A DNA stretch of 64,000 bases from Chthoniobacterales bacterium (GCA_038207335.1 JBBQZX010000023.1:1-64000); one strand, 5' to 3'. Shown: positions 51,101-60,883, numbered from the stretch's first letter. The notes: generated by a model not told the origin, from the letters alone. Numbers and translations are program-made.

Positions 51101-53674
51101 ATTCTTGCCGCTGAGAAGGGTGACGGTGCCGAGGCTTTCGGCGGTGTCGTTCGCGGCGCTCGCGAGGGAGGTCAGCGTGATCGAGCTGTTTGCGAGGTTG
51201 ATCGCCACCCCGTTCGCGATGCGGTCGGCGGAGTCGCTTGCACTGTTGTCGATGAGGAGCGCGGCATCGGTCAGCGCGATGGAAGACGTCGCAGTGAGCT
51301 TGCCCGCCGCACCGCCGACTGAGAGCGTGCTGCCTGTCACGGTCGTCGCTCCGGTGTAGCTGCCGACCGAGGTGAAAGTGAGCGCGCCAGCACCGATCTT
51401 CGTCAGCGAACGCGCGCCGCCACTTTCACCCAATCCACCGCTGAAACCGAGCGAGCCGGCTGTCACATTGAAAGTTGCATTTGCCGTGAGTGTGCTCGCT
51501 CCACCGAACTCAAGCCCGTAACCGTTGCCGCCGGTCACGTTCAGCGTCTGGCTTCCGTTCGTCAGGCCGCCCAGCTTGAAAACATTCCCTGCTGCGACCG
51601 TGCCGCTCGCGCGGTTCACGTCGATCGACACGCTCCCGGCGATCGTCCCCCGGGCGAAAATCCCGCTCGCAGCGACGACCGACACGTCGTTCCCATACGC
51701 GAAAGTCGTCCCAGTGACCCCACCTGCGCTGCCGTTGTCACGCAGGTTCAGCCCGCCGTCTGCCAGCACGATCGCCGCCGTGCCGATCGTCTTGCCAAAA
51801 CCCGTCGTCGAGTTGTTCTCGAGGCGCAGATTTTTCCCCACCGTGATCGTCCCCGAGTAAGTGCTCCCTGGATTCTGCACGATGAACGACCCATTGTTGA
51901 AATTGTAATTCGCCCGGTTCACCGCCACCCCGATCGCCGCGCTACCCGTCAGCAGCCCCGTGTGATTGATCGTGCGTCCGATGTTGTTCGTCGCACCAGC
52001 GGAGTCAAAGTCGCGCCAGAAGTCATTCAGGAACACATACGAATCCGCCGCCGCCGTGATCGGCCCGCTCACGATCCGGTTCCCACCCGTCGTCGCCAGT
52101 GCACCGCCATTCAGCGTGATCGCCTGCGCCACCGTCCCGCCGCTCGTGGCCAGGATGCCGCCATTGATGAGCACCGTATTCGTCGCCGAGGCATTGCCCA
52201 AATTCGTATTCAGAGCCTCCACGGTCCCGTTGTTGATGACCCACGCGCCCGAGAAATTCGGGCTCGACCCCGAGTTCAGCGTCAGCCGCCCCTGCCCGTC
52301 CTTCGTGAGCGTCCCGCTTCCCGTCAGGATGTCATTCAACGGCGCCGCCGTCGCGAACCGCAGTTGCGTGATCACCCCCACCTCCTGAAACGCCGTCAGG
52401 ATGCCCAGCACCTCGATCGTCGCCCCATTTGCCCCCACCGTGATCGGCCGGTTCGTCACCGTCCGGTCCGCCGCATTCGTATCCAGCAGCCGCCCGCCAT
52501 TGATCGTGATCGGATTGCTCGCGACCCCGAAGAACGTCGTGTAAGCCGCGCTGTCCGCGCCCCCCGTCGTCGTCTCCAGCGTCCCCCCGGTATTGATCGT
52601 GATCCCCCCCGCCATCGTATTCACCACCGTCGGCCGCACCGTCCCTCCATTGATCGTCAGCCCGCCCGCGAAACTATTCGCCGCCGTCAGGCTCAGAATC
52701 CCCGCCCCCGTCTTCGTCACTCCGCTCGCCCCCGACACCACCCCGCTCGCCGTCAGCGCGCCCCCCGTGGACACATCGAAAGTCACATTGTCATTCAGCG
52801 CGATCGTCCCCGAAAAAGTATTCGTCCCCGAGCCATTCGTCGCCGCGATCGTCTTCACCCCCGTCGAGCCCGCGCGCACAACGATCGGCCGCGCCACCGT
52901 CGTACCCCCATCCCCATCGCTGATCCGCAACGTCGCCCCGGCCCCCGTCGCCGCAGTATCGCCGAGCTGCAGCGTCCCCCCGCTCAGTCCCCCACCCTCC
53001 GCAAAACTCAGTGCCCCCGCATTGATGAACGTATCCCCCGAAAAAGTATTCACCGCCCCAAACACCACATTGCTGTTCTGATTGATCGACAGCGTGCTCA
53101 GCGCCCCGCTGATGACCCCATTGAAAGTCACCGTCTTCCCATTATTCCCGAAAATCCTCAACTGCTGCCCCCCCGTCACCACCACCGGCGTCGTCGCCGA
53201 GAACAGCAAATTGCCATTCACCGGATCGATCTCCGAAAATCCCCCCGCCCCGCCATTCAGCGTCAGCGCCCCCGACAAATTGAACGTCTGCAACGACGTC
53301 GAATCATTCTCGATCCGCGGAAAAGCCCCCCCGAAATCGAACAACGTGAATGCATTCCCCGTGATCGTGAACGCCGGATCGATCGCCAGCGACGTATCCT
53401 CAAACGTGATCCGATGCCCCGCATACCCCGTCAGATCATTCTGCGAGAAAATCGCGCCCGTGCTGCCCGCGGTCACCCACGCATTGCCGAAGAACAAGCT
53501 CCGTGTGTTCGTGTCGCCGCCGGGAGGTGCCCCATTGTCCCAGTTCGCATTCGTGCTCCAGAGCGTATCCGCGGCACCAGTCCAACCCGTAGCAGTTTGC
53601 GCGGAGGCAGATTCCGCGAGGAGGACGGATGCTGATGTGGCGAGGATAAACGCGTGGCGGGAACGGAATTTCAT
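48176..53674 (-). CDS. 1832-aa autotransporter-associated beta-strand-repeat protein with PEP-CTERM sorting signal
   Basis: Multiple LTK.GAG.L.L...N.F.G repeats; APGNSPG; C-terminal IPEPASLATLLAGAGVLLGLRRRRQS. Confidence 0.92.
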   Translation of the reverse strand: MKFRSRHAFILATSASVLLAESASAQTATGWTGAADTLWSTNANWDNGAPPGGDTNTRSLFFGNAWVTAGSTGAIFSQNDLTGYAGHRITFEDTSLAIDPAFTITGNAFTLFDFGGAFPRIENDSTSLQTFNLSGALTLNGGAGGFSEIDPVNGNLLFSATTPVVVTGGQQLRIFGNNGKTVTFNGVISGALSTLSINQNSNVVFGAVNTFSGDTFINAGALSFAEGGGLSGGTLQLGDTAATGAGATLRISDGDGGTTVARPIVVRAGSTGVKTIAATNGSGTNTFSGTIALNDNVTFDVSTGGALTASGVVSGASGVTKTGAGILSLTAANSFAGGLTINGGTVRPTVVNTMAGGITINTGGTLETTTGGADSAAYTTFFGVASNPITINGGRLLDTNAADRTVTNRPITVGANGATIEVLGILTAFQEVGVITQLRFATAAPLNDILTGSGTLTKDGQGRLTLNSGSSPNFSGAWVINNGTVEALNTNLGNASATNTVLINGGILATSGGTVAQAITLNGGALATTGGNRIVSGPITAAADSYVFLNDFWRDFDSAGATNNIGRTINHTGLLTGSAAIGVAVNRANYNFNNGSFIVQNPGSTYSGTITVGKNLRLENNSTTGFGKTIGTAAIVLADGGLNLRDNGSAGGVTGTTFAYGNDVSVVAASGIFARGTIAGSVSIDVNRASGTVAAGNVFKLGGLTNGSQTLNVTGGNGYGLEFGGASTLTANATFNVTAGSLGFSGGLGESGGARSLTKIGAGALTFTSVGSYTGATTVTGSTLSVGGAAGKLTATSSIALTDAALLIDNSASDSADRIANGVAINLANSSITLTSLASAANDTAESLGTVTLLSGKNAINATQTAPGVISALTIASLVRTSGATVSFGGTNLGQPGNSSRIILGNQTSTPFMGAWATVGGSFAKYSTSLDGGFGLGVAAVDCLVDTDESTWATGQNICLTGTATATLTASRVINSLSFANTLDSRTVDVAGNTLKIESAGIIVGTNAAVITGSGGLTAGTGTAAEFILTNNAALNIAAPIIDNGGGVVSLLKTGTGALTLSGVNTFSGDIRVDQGALVLGNVGNLGTPSALGISSTLRLSTGSNLAPLQYTGVSAATDHALTAGSAGTSVDVTTSGAVLTWNGNITSAGPLTKLGAGTFAITGTNNISGDIATTAGTLALGGTTGVGGSATVGAGTTLRIDGAATIGGDLNVGLNGGTGSVIGTAGATLSIGSGAASSINIGSRNNAVNTTTNGTLDLAASAGFTANVGNLRIENDFGTASNGAMTGLLRLPNSSTAVNFITATNAFLVGNSPNEGANATATVNFGGGSTTIATPAFTVGGVKTSALANIGAGGSLNFSTAAGRAALSVGVNTVDTGTTPSSTFDLTGGTVTGGVGAINIGYRSGGGAGKVTGVLNLGTSATTNLDVNVSAGFAARIGGLDYSVGTQPTTETATGTLIIGGGNVSFTSTVAASSAIVVGYFNNTALTITGGTNAATGTFTIGGGNVTVTSAGTNNAINLAPRTVNGTPGGTQSASATLNINGGSLTVNNQIAGNSTVTNSTSTLNLAAGVLNMQGKNLTSINNVNFSGGTLRNLGTLNRALTQTGETSLLDVAANNATISGAYAVTDGDINIAASRTLAATSTALSGTATAIVNGSITGSLTVNAGATVMGSGTTAALTLAGGTIAPGNSPGILNTGALSLGGGTLSLELNGLTAGTEHDQINTIGTVTLTADTAFTLSLGFTPANNSTFTILNNDAADAIVLGANRLVYNGNRLEQNGYFVATGGQQFTISYSGGTGNDVVLTAIPEPASLATLLAGAGVLLGLRRRRQS

Positions 53675-53861
53675 GATTGGGAAGATTGGGGTTTGGGCGG
53701 ACCGGAAGAAGTGCCGGTACGGACGAGAGCATAGAGCTAAAAGGCGCGTAAGAATTGGGACATTTATTCGTCGCGACGGGAATCGCCCCGCGAAACGAGG
53801 AGCGACGAACGCATTTGGCCGCGGTCGCTTGATCGCGCATTTCGTCGCTGCCGAACGTGCG

Positions 53862-56258
53862 CTACTGCATCTCCCAAAAGACTCGGCCGGCCTCGGCCCA
53901 GTCGCGGCCTTGGACGGCTTGGTGGGCGGTGGCGCTCATTTTTTTGCGGAGCGCCGGGTCGCTGAGGAGGGTGCAGACGGCGCGGGTGAAATCTTCCACG
54001 TCTAGGGAGCGGGTGATGAAGCCGGTTTCGCCGGGGATGATGAGGTCTTTGGGCCCACCTTGGTCGGAGACGATGTTTGGAAGGCCGCTGGCGAGGGCTT
54101 CGACGACGACGTTGCCGTAGGTGTCGGTGGTGCTGGGGAAGAGGAAGATGTCGGCGGACGCGAAGGCGGTGGCGAGTTCGAGGCCGGCGAGGTATCCGGT
54201 GAAGATGGCGCCGGGGAGGAGGGTCTTGAGTTCGGCGACGTAGGGGCCGTCGCCGACGATGGCGAGGGTGGTTGAAGATGGCGCATCGTCTTTCAGGCGA
54301 CGCCACATCTGCACGATGACATCAAGGTTCTTCTCCTTCGAGATGCGCCCGACGTAGAGGAGGACTGGCGAGCCCGGCACGGCGCCGCGCTTTTCCCAAA
54401 AGGACGGGTCGCGGCGGGAGGGCTGGAAGAGCGCGGTGTCGAGGCCGCGGGGAAGGATGCGAAATTTGTCGGCGGGGAGGCCGCGGTCGATCCAGGCGGC
54501 GCGGTAGCTCTCGGAATTCACGTAAATGCGGTCGAGCTGGCCGTAGAAGGCTTTCATGAAGGTCCATGTCAGCGTCTCGAGCGCGGCGTCCTCGGTTAGG
54601 ATGCGAACGTACTGCGGGAAGTCGGTGTGGTAGATGCCGCTGGTGCGGAGGCCGAGGAGTTTGGCGGCGAGCAGGGCGGTGAGGCCGATGGGGCCGGGCG
54701 TGCTGATGATGAGCTCGGTGAAGCCCTCGCGCTGGACGTAGTCGAGGATCTCGAGGATGGGAGGGAAACTGAGCTTTTGCAGCTCGTACTCGGGCAGCTC
54801 GAACTCGCCGATGGGCGCGAAGTTTTTGATCGGGATTCCGGTGATCGAGATGCTGCCGCGCGAGGTGACGACGGTGAGGTCGCCGCCTTCCGCGATGGTC
54901 GCGGCGGTGAGCCTGCGGATGGTGTTGGCGACGCCGTTCACGTCCTCGAGGGTGTCGGTGAACCACGCGCGCTTGGTGTTGCGCAGCGGCGGGGCAAGTT
55001 CGCCGGTGAAGGCGCGGCTGACATCGCCGAGCCACGCGCGGTTCGGCGTCTGGCTCTGGAATGCGTAAACGTACGGCGCGAGCGTGCCGAGGATGGGGAG
55101 CATGACGCTGAGCTCCTGGATCGCGCCGATGACATTTCCCGAGGACGCCTCGCGGACGAATCGCGTGAAGAAACGGAAGGCGAGCTGGTTGGCGAAGAAG
55201 TTGGCGATGATGAAGGCGCGGCGCTCGGGCTCTTGTACCCCGGCTGTTTCGCGGGCGAGCAGCGCTTTTACGTCGCTCTGCGAAAAGTGCGTCGCGAACT
55301 GCCGCCAGATGGACATGTTGGCGGGCTTGGCCATCTCGAAAATCTTTCCCGACGCGATCCCCTGCGCGACGAATCCCATCTTTTCGACCCACGAAAACTC
55401 GGTCGGATCCTTCCCCTCCATGAAGCGCGAGAACGCCTTGCCGATGAAACTCGAGCTTTCCGCGCCCGCGACTTTCGTGGCGATGAATTGCCGCAGGTTA
55501 TTGTAAAGGCCGTGCGACAGCGCGAGCGGCGTGCCCCCTGCCCCGCGCGGCTCGCAGCGCCCGGCGCGGATGTGGGCGAGAAAATCGCGCACATTTTCGC
55601 ACCGCGGAGTCTCGGTGAAGGCGGACGCCGGGAAGAGCCCGCCGTGGTCGTCGGAGCCGCCGACGAGCGCCTTTTTCCACGGCTCTTCGTGCGTCGGGGC
55701 GATGCCGTGGCGGTTCGCGAACTCCTCGATTTTTGCCGACGTGAGGCCGCTGAAAATGAAGCGGGCGACGTCGCTGAGCAGCGCGCTGCGGAGGCCGTTG
55801 ATCCCCTCGAAATGCCGGAAAAGCAGCGCGAGTTTTTCGAGCTGCGCGACGCCGAGGCGCCCGTGCGTTTCGTAGAGCGGATGCGCCACCGCGTGCGCCA
55901 GGTCGTGCGCGGCGAGATATTTCTGCACGTCGACGATATTCCCGCGCAACGCCTGGAGGTCGCCATGCTGCGCCTCGCTGACCCCCCACACGAGCAGGTG
56001 CACGGCGGTGCGTTCCTCGGGAAAAAGCGCGGTGAGCTGCACGCTGAGGAACGCGCCGGGCAGGTCGGCGATTTCGAGGCAGCCGTCGATCCGGTCGTGG
56101 TCAGTGATCGTGACGAAATCCATCCCACGCGCCTTCACCGCGTCGTAAATCCCGCGCGGATCGGAGTAGCTGTCGGGCAGCCCGGCGCGGCGGAAAAGCC
56201 ACTCCGGCGCGCGGTCGCTGTGGCGGGAGTGGAGGTGGAGATCGGCGCGGGAAATCAT
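53862..56258 (-). CDS. PHP-domain / GT4 (GT-B) glycosyltransferase fusion
   Basis: N-terminal DLHLHS, TITDHD, VHL, AHP, GGSDDH; C-terminal DVNGVA, YHTDFPQY, YVGRISKEKN, FPSTTDTYGNVVVEALASG. Confidence 0.9.
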   Translation of the reverse strand: MISRADLHLHSRHSDRAPEWLFRRAGLPDSYSDPRGIYDAVKARGMDFVTITDHDRIDGCLEIADLPGAFLSVQLTALFPEERTAVHLLVWGVSEAQHGDLQALRGNIVDVQKYLAAHDLAHAVAHPLYETHGRLGVAQLEKLALLFRHFEGINGLRSALLSDVARFIFSGLTSAKIEEFANRHGIAPTHEEPWKKALVGGSDDHGGLFPASAFTETPRCENVRDFLAHIRAGRCEPRGAGGTPLALSHGLYNNLRQFIATKVAGAESSSFIGKAFSRFMEGKDPTEFSWVEKMGFVAQGIASGKIFEMAKPANMSIWRQFATHFSQSDVKALLARETAGVQEPERRAFIIANFFANQLAFRFFTRFVREASSGNVIGAIQELSVMLPILGTLAPYVYAFQSQTPNRAWLGDVSRAFTGELAPPLRNTKRAWFTDTLEDVNGVANTIRRLTAATIAEGGDLTVVTSRGSISITGIPIKNFAPIGEFELPEYELQKLSFPPILEILDYVQREGFTELIISTPGPIGLTALLAAKLLGLRTSGIYHTDFPQYVRILTEDAALETLTWTFMKAFYGQLDRIYVNSESYRAAWIDRGLPADKFRILPRGLDTALFQPSRRDPSFWEKRGAVPGSPVLLYVGRISKEKNLDVIVQMWRRLKDDAPSSTTLAIVGDGPYVAELKTLLPGAIFTGYLAGLELATAFASADIFLFPSTTDTYGNVVVEALASGLPNIVSDQGGPKDLIIPGETGFITRSLDVEDFTRAVCTLLSDPALRKKMSATAHQAVQGRDWAEAGRVFWEMQ

Positions 56259-57028
56259 CGGAAGATCGAGGAAAGCTGGCGCTGAGATTCGATCCACGCG
56301 GCGTAAGTGAGCGGCTCGCGCGACGCCAGCGCGCGGCGGGTGAGATCGCCGATCTGCGCCCAGAGGGCGGGGTGCGCGACATCGACGGGATGGATGGAAA
56401 TTCGCATGAGCGGGCATTCCCCCAGCCGCGAGAAAAGCCACGAATTCCAGGCCCGGCTCATCGCCCGGCGCCAGCCCGCGCGCACGCTCCAGACGAGTGA
56501 TTGCGACCACATGGTGCGCCCATTTTGCAAATCCCGCACGCTGCCGAGCCGCGTCGTGTAGTCGATCCCCAGCTCTCGCAACGCAGCCTCCGCCTCCTCG
56601 CTGAGCAGCCACGCCGGCGCGATGAAGCCCGTCGGCGCGAGCCCGATTTTGTTAAAATCCTCGCGCGCCTTCGAGACGAGCGCGTGCGCCGATGGGCGAT
56701 CGAGGTCGAAGAATTCGCCTTCGTCCGCCGTGTAAAATCGCGTCGTTAGCCGATCCGCGAGCCCCTCCCCAGCGCGTCGCTCGCGCCGATGCTGCGACCC
56801 GTGAATCACGACCTCATGCCCCGCTCCCGTGAGCTCCGTCAGCCATTCGCAAAACGCCGCATCCTCGAGAAAATGCCCGCGTCCATGATGATCCGGGATG
56901 ACGAGAAGCGAGCACTTTTCCACGCCCCACTCGCGCAGCTCTGCGAGCGCCCGCGCACACTCCTCGCGCGTCCGTGGCGAGACATCGTGCAGCGAGATAA
57001 CGAGATGTTTGGCCGGACGATCGAGCAT
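56255..57028 (-). CDS. DUF2334-like polysaccharide deacetylase (CE4-like)
   Basis: SLHDVSP, IHG..H, EGEF, GFIAPAW, ISIHPVD; ATGA overlap with the GT gene. Confidence 0.85.
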   Translation of the reverse strand: MLDRPAKHLVISLHDVSPRTREECARALAELREWGVEKCSLLVIPDHHGRGHFLEDAAFCEWLTELTGAGHEVVIHGSQHRRERRAGEGLADRLTTRFYTADEGEFFDLDRPSAHALVSKAREDFNKIGLAPTGFIAPAWLLSEEAEAALRELGIDYTTRLGSVRDLQNGRTMWSQSLVWSVRAGWRRAMSRAWNSWLFSRLGECPLMRISIHPVDVAHPALWAQIGDLTRRALASREPLTYAAWIESQRQLSSIFR

Positions 57029-57291
57029 TGAGCGGGCAGTGAGCCTGCGCCGTGAACGCGTCGGGCGAACAGCACAAACACGCGCTGCGGGCTCACGGAA
57101 TTCGCCATAGTCGCTAACAGCCACGCGACGGAAATGCTAACTGGGACGCCGAATCCGAAATTCCAGTTGACGATGCCTATGACGGAGGATCGTTTAACGG
57201 GAGTGCGCTGCTTTCACTTCAATCGCAATTATTCGCGAGCCTGATCGGTCCGGACCGCCCGGCGATTGCCGCCCGTGCTAAACTTTTCCTC

Positions 57292-57939
57292 GTGCACGCT
57301 CTCCACTCCGATACAGCTGGCGGAGCGCTGCCGCACTCCTCGCGGATGGTGGCTTGCCACGATTGCGACGCGCTATTCGAGACGCGCGAATTGCACCCCG
57401 GCGAGAGTGTCGTCTGCCCACACTGCTTGGCCAAGCTGCACACGTTTAGGCCGAATTCCGTGCATCGCTCCGCCGCGCTCGCGTTGAGCGCGGCGTCGCT
57501 TTTTGTCGTCGCAAATTTCTTCCCATTCATCGAACTGAAGGCGGGCGGGCAAAGCACGCGGATCGTGCTCGCGCAGAGCGTCTCGGAGCTGCAGGCACAC
57601 GGCAGTCCATGGCTCGCGGCGGCGGTCGCGATGTTCATCCTCGCGGCACCGGCGATCATGCTCAGCGGGATGCTTTACGTGCTGCTGCCACTGCTCCGCG
57701 GACGCGTGCTTCCAGGTGCGCTCGTTGTGTGCCGGTGGATTTACGGGACCGATCCCTGGAATATGATCGAGGTCTTTCTGATCGGCGTACTCGTGAGTTT
57801 GATGAAGCTCGGCAGCATCGCGACGGTCACGCTCGGCGTCGCGTTTTGGGCATTTGCGGGGCTCATCGTCTGCCTCACCGCCGCGCTCTCGGCGATCGAC
57901 CGGCGCGATCTTTGGGAAAAGCTGGAGGCGCTGGCATGA
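57292..57939 (+). CDS. pqiA: Paraquat-inducible protein A (first gene)
   Basis: CHDCD...CPHC, ANFFPFI, W.MIEVFLIGVLVSL.KL. Confidence 0.9.
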   Translation: MHALHSDTAGGALPHSSRMVACHDCDALFETRELHPGESVVCPHCLAKLHTFRPNSVHRSAALALSAASLFVVANFFPFIELKAGGQSTRIVLAQSVSELQAHGSPWLAAAVAMFILAAPAIMLSGMLYVLLPLLRGRVLPGALVVCRWIYGTDPWNMIEVFLIGVLVSLMKLGSIATVTLGVAFWAFAGLIVCLTAALSAIDRRDLWEKLEALA

Positions 57940-58574
57940 CCGCTCACTTTCCACCCGGGAGCGCCGCCGCTCTCGGTCTCGCGTGCTGCCATGCGTGTGG
58001 CAAAGTGCAGCCTGTCGAGCTCGGTGCCTGCGCGCGGTGCGGAGGAGCACTGCATTTGCGAAAGGCGCACAGTCTCCAGCGCACGATGGCGCTCACTGCC
58101 GCCGCGGTGATGCTCTACCTGCCGGCGAATCTGCTGCCGATGATGCGCACGATCGGCTTCGGCGGCGGCGAAGAAAAGACGATCCTCGGCGGCGTCATCC
58201 TCTTTTGGGAACATCAGGCCTATCCCATCGCGATCGTCATTTTCACAGCCAGCGTGGTCATTCCGATATTGAAGCTGATCGCCATCGTAACGCTCTGCAT
58301 CTCCACGCGCACCGGACGCCGCCCTCAGGCGATGACGCGCGTTTACCGGCTCACGGAACTCGTCGGCCGCTGGTCGATGGTCGATGTCTTCGTCGTCTCA
58401 ATACTCGTCGCCGTGGTGCAGCTCGGTAATTTGTTGTCCATCGAGCCCGGCCCTGCGGCGGTGGCTTTCGCAGCCGTCATCATCCTCACGATGCTCGCCG
58501 CGATGTCATTTGATCCGCGCCTGCTGTGGGATGCCGCGGGTGGCCCGCGTATGCACCCCGCTTCCTCAAAATGA
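57936..58574 (+). CDS. pqiA: Paraquat-inducible protein A (second gene)
   Basis: CHAC...CARC, YLPANLLP, ASVVIP.LK, GRWSMVDVFVV, FDPRLLWD. Confidence 0.9.
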   Translation: MTAHFPPGSAAALGLACCHACGKVQPVELGACARCGGALHLRKAHSLQRTMALTAAAVMLYLPANLLPMMRTIGFGGGEEKTILGGVILFWEHQAYPIAIVIFTASVVIPILKLIAIVTLCISTRTGRRPQAMTRVYRLTELVGRWSMVDVFVVSILVAVVQLGNLLSIEPGPAAVAFAAVIILTMLAAMSFDPRLLWDAAGGPRMHPASSK

Positions 58575-60244
58575 CCGATCCAGCTCCACCCCCTTCATCG
58601 CCGCTTCCAAAGGCCACCGTGGTGAAGAAAAAGGCCGCGCGACTTTCGCCCGTCTGGATCATCCCGCTCCTCGCCGCGTTGCTCGGCCTGTGGCTCGTCT
58701 GGCAGCACTATTCCTCGCTCGGGCCGCTCATCGAAGTCCGGTTCGAGACAGCGGAGGGCGTCGTCGCTGGGAAGACTGGCGTGCTCTGCCGCAGTGTCGG
58801 CATCGGCATGGTGGAAAGTGTGCGGCTTTCGGAGGACATGAAGGGCGTCGTCATGATGCTGCGCATTGACCACAAGGCGGCGGAGCTTTTGAAGAAGGAC
58901 GCGCGATTTTGGGTCGTGCGTCCGCGGTTCGGCGGGAGCGGGATTTCGGGCCTCGGGACGCTCGTCTCGGGGAGCTACATCGAACTCGATCCGGGTGCAT
59001 CGTCGATCACTTCGCGCCGGTTCATCGGGCTCGAAAATCCGCCGGTCACGCCGCAAGGAGTGCCGGGGCTGCACGTCACACTCGTCGCTGATACCGCGGG
59101 ATCACTCGGACCTGGGTCGGCAGTCTCGTACAAAGGGATCAAGGTCGGGCGGATTGAGAGCCGCAAGTTCAGTACGGAGAATCAGCGGGTGGAATTCGGG
59201 GCTTTCATCCAAGCTCCGTACGGCCCGCTCGTCACGGATCGCTCGCGATTTTGGAATGTGAGCGGGATCGATCTCGACGTGAGTTCGGCGGGGGTGCGGC
59301 TGCGCACGGGCACGCTGGAGTCTCTGGTCGCGGGCGGCGTGGCCTTCGCGGCTGACGATACGGGCGTGGCAGCGAACCCCGCCGCCGATGGCGCGGTCTT
59401 TCCCCTCTACGAAAACAGGGACAGCACCGAAGAGATGACTCTGAATCCGCGGCTAACGTATCTTCTGCTTTTCAAAGACAGCGTGCGCGGTCTGGCGAAA
59501 GACGCTCCGGTGGAGTTCCGCGGCATCCGTGTCGGCACCGTCGCGGACATTTCGTTCGACTATCTACCTGACGACTTGGAGCGCCGAGTGCCCGTGCTCA
59601 TCAAGCTCGACCCAACGCTCATCGCCGACCTGCCGAAAGGCGACCTCTCAGCGGGGCCCGAGCTTATCGCGAAACGCGTGCAAGACGGCCTCCGCGCCAC
59701 CCTGCGCACCGGCAGCCTCATCACCGGCCAGCTCTTTGTGGACCTCGATATTTCAAAAGACGCACCGCCCGCCGAGGTCACGATGATCGGTGACTACCGC
59801 ATCATCCCGACCATCTCCTCCGGCCTCGGCCAACTCCAGGACAAGCTCACCGCCCTCCTCGACAAACTCCAGGCGCTGCCGCTCGACGAAACGGTGAAAA
59901 CCGCGAACGGCGCGCTCGCCGAAATCCGAGGCACCGCCGAGGAGGCCAAGACCGCCGTCGCCGGGCTGAAATCCGCCTCCGAAAACCTCGACAAACTCCT
60001 CGCCTCGAAGGACACGCAAAATTTGCCCGCCGACCTCAAAGCCTCGCTTGCATCGCTTCGGAAAACATTGGACGGCTTCAATCAAAACTCCGCCGTCTAT
60101 CGCGAACTCGCCGTGACGATTCAGGACCTTAGCAGCGCCATGCGCTCCATCGACTCCCTCGCAAGCACGATCGAGCGAAAGCCCAGTTCGCTCCTCTGGG
60201 GAAATCCCAAAGGCACGGTCTCGCCTCCGAAAGCCAAACGCTGA
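58571..60244 (+). CDS. pqiB: Intermembrane transport protein PqiB (three MCE domains)
   Basis: VWIIP, FWVVRPR...SGLGTLVSG.YI, FWN.SG, SVRGL...APVEFRGI, GSLITGQLFV. Confidence 0.93.
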   Translation: MTDPAPPPSSPLPKATVVKKKAARLSPVWIIPLLAALLGLWLVWQHYSSLGPLIEVRFETAEGVVAGKTGVLCRSVGIGMVESVRLSEDMKGVVMMLRIDHKAAELLKKDARFWVVRPRFGGSGISGLGTLVSGSYIELDPGASSITSRRFIGLENPPVTPQGVPGLHVTLVADTAGSLGPGSAVSYKGIKVGRIESRKFSTENQRVEFGAFIQAPYGPLVTDRSRFWNVSGIDLDVSSAGVRLRTGTLESLVAGGVAFAADDTGVAANPAADGAVFPLYENRDSTEEMTLNPRLTYLLLFKDSVRGLAKDAPVEFRGIRVGTVADISFDYLPDDLERRVPVLIKLDPTLIADLPKGDLSAGPELIAKRVQDGLRATLRTGSLITGQLFVDLDISKDAPPAEVTMIGDYRIIPTISSGLGQLQDKLTALLDKLQALPLDETVKTANGALAEIRGTAEEAKTAVAGLKSASENLDKLLASKDTQNLPADLKASLASLRKTLDGFNQNSAVYRELAVTIQDLSSAMRSIDSLASTIERKPSSLLWGNPKGTVSPPKAKR

Positions 60245-60260
60245 ACCACTTTTCACCAAA

Positions 60261-60830
60261 ATGAAGACTCTGCTCCGCCTCACCGCACTCGCCGCCGCGC
60301 TCACCCTCTCCGCGTGCAGCACGCCTGAACAATATTACCGGCTCAGCGCCGATGGTCCGCCGCCGGCGAACAGCTCCGGCTTCGCGCTCGGTGTGGGGCC
60401 GGTGACACTTCCCGATTACATCGACCGCGGCGAGTTGGTCTTTCAAAGTTCCGACACGCGCTTCGAAATCCCCTACGAGCAGCGCTGGGCTGGGTCCCTC
60501 CGCGACACCGCCACGCGCGCCATTGGCACGAACCTCGCTCGCCGCCTCGGCACCGGAAACCTGCACATCTACCCGTGGCCCCCGGCCACACCGCTCCGGT
60601 ATCAAGTGCGCGTCGATGTGCGTCAGTTTCACGCTCGCTCGGGCGGCGATGCAATCCTCGAAGCCTCATGGAGCATCGAAAATGGCGCCACCGGCCGGGT
60701 GCTGGTGAGGCGCAGCGGAAATTTCAGCGAACCCGTTCTGCGAAACGGCTACGAAGGAATCGTCGCCGCGGAAAGCCGCCTGCTATCGCGATGCAGTCGA
60801 GCAATCGCGGAGTCTTTCCCAGGGCGGTAA
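60261..60830 (+). CDS. pqiC: PqiC-family lipoprotein
   Basis: Lipobox LSAC, YYRL, GPVTLPDYIDR, RWAGSL. Confidence 0.9.
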   Translation: MKTLLRLTALAAALTLSACSTPEQYYRLSADGPPPANSSGFALGVGPVTLPDYIDRGELVFQSSDTRFEIPYEQRWAGSLRDTATRAIGTNLARRLGTGNLHIYPWPPATPLRYQVRVDVRQFHARSGGDAILEASWSIENGATGRVLVRRSGNFSEPVLRNGYEGIVAAESRLLSRCSRAIAESFPGR

Positions 60831-60883
60831 GTTCGCGGTTCGCAGTGAGGCAGGTACTAACAAATTTCGAAATAAACTCTTGC

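Noticed and set aside
57292..58574. pqiA split as a frameshift
   Set aside because: Two-gene pqiA with ATGA coupling is a normal arrangement; each gene has its own Cys motif and start
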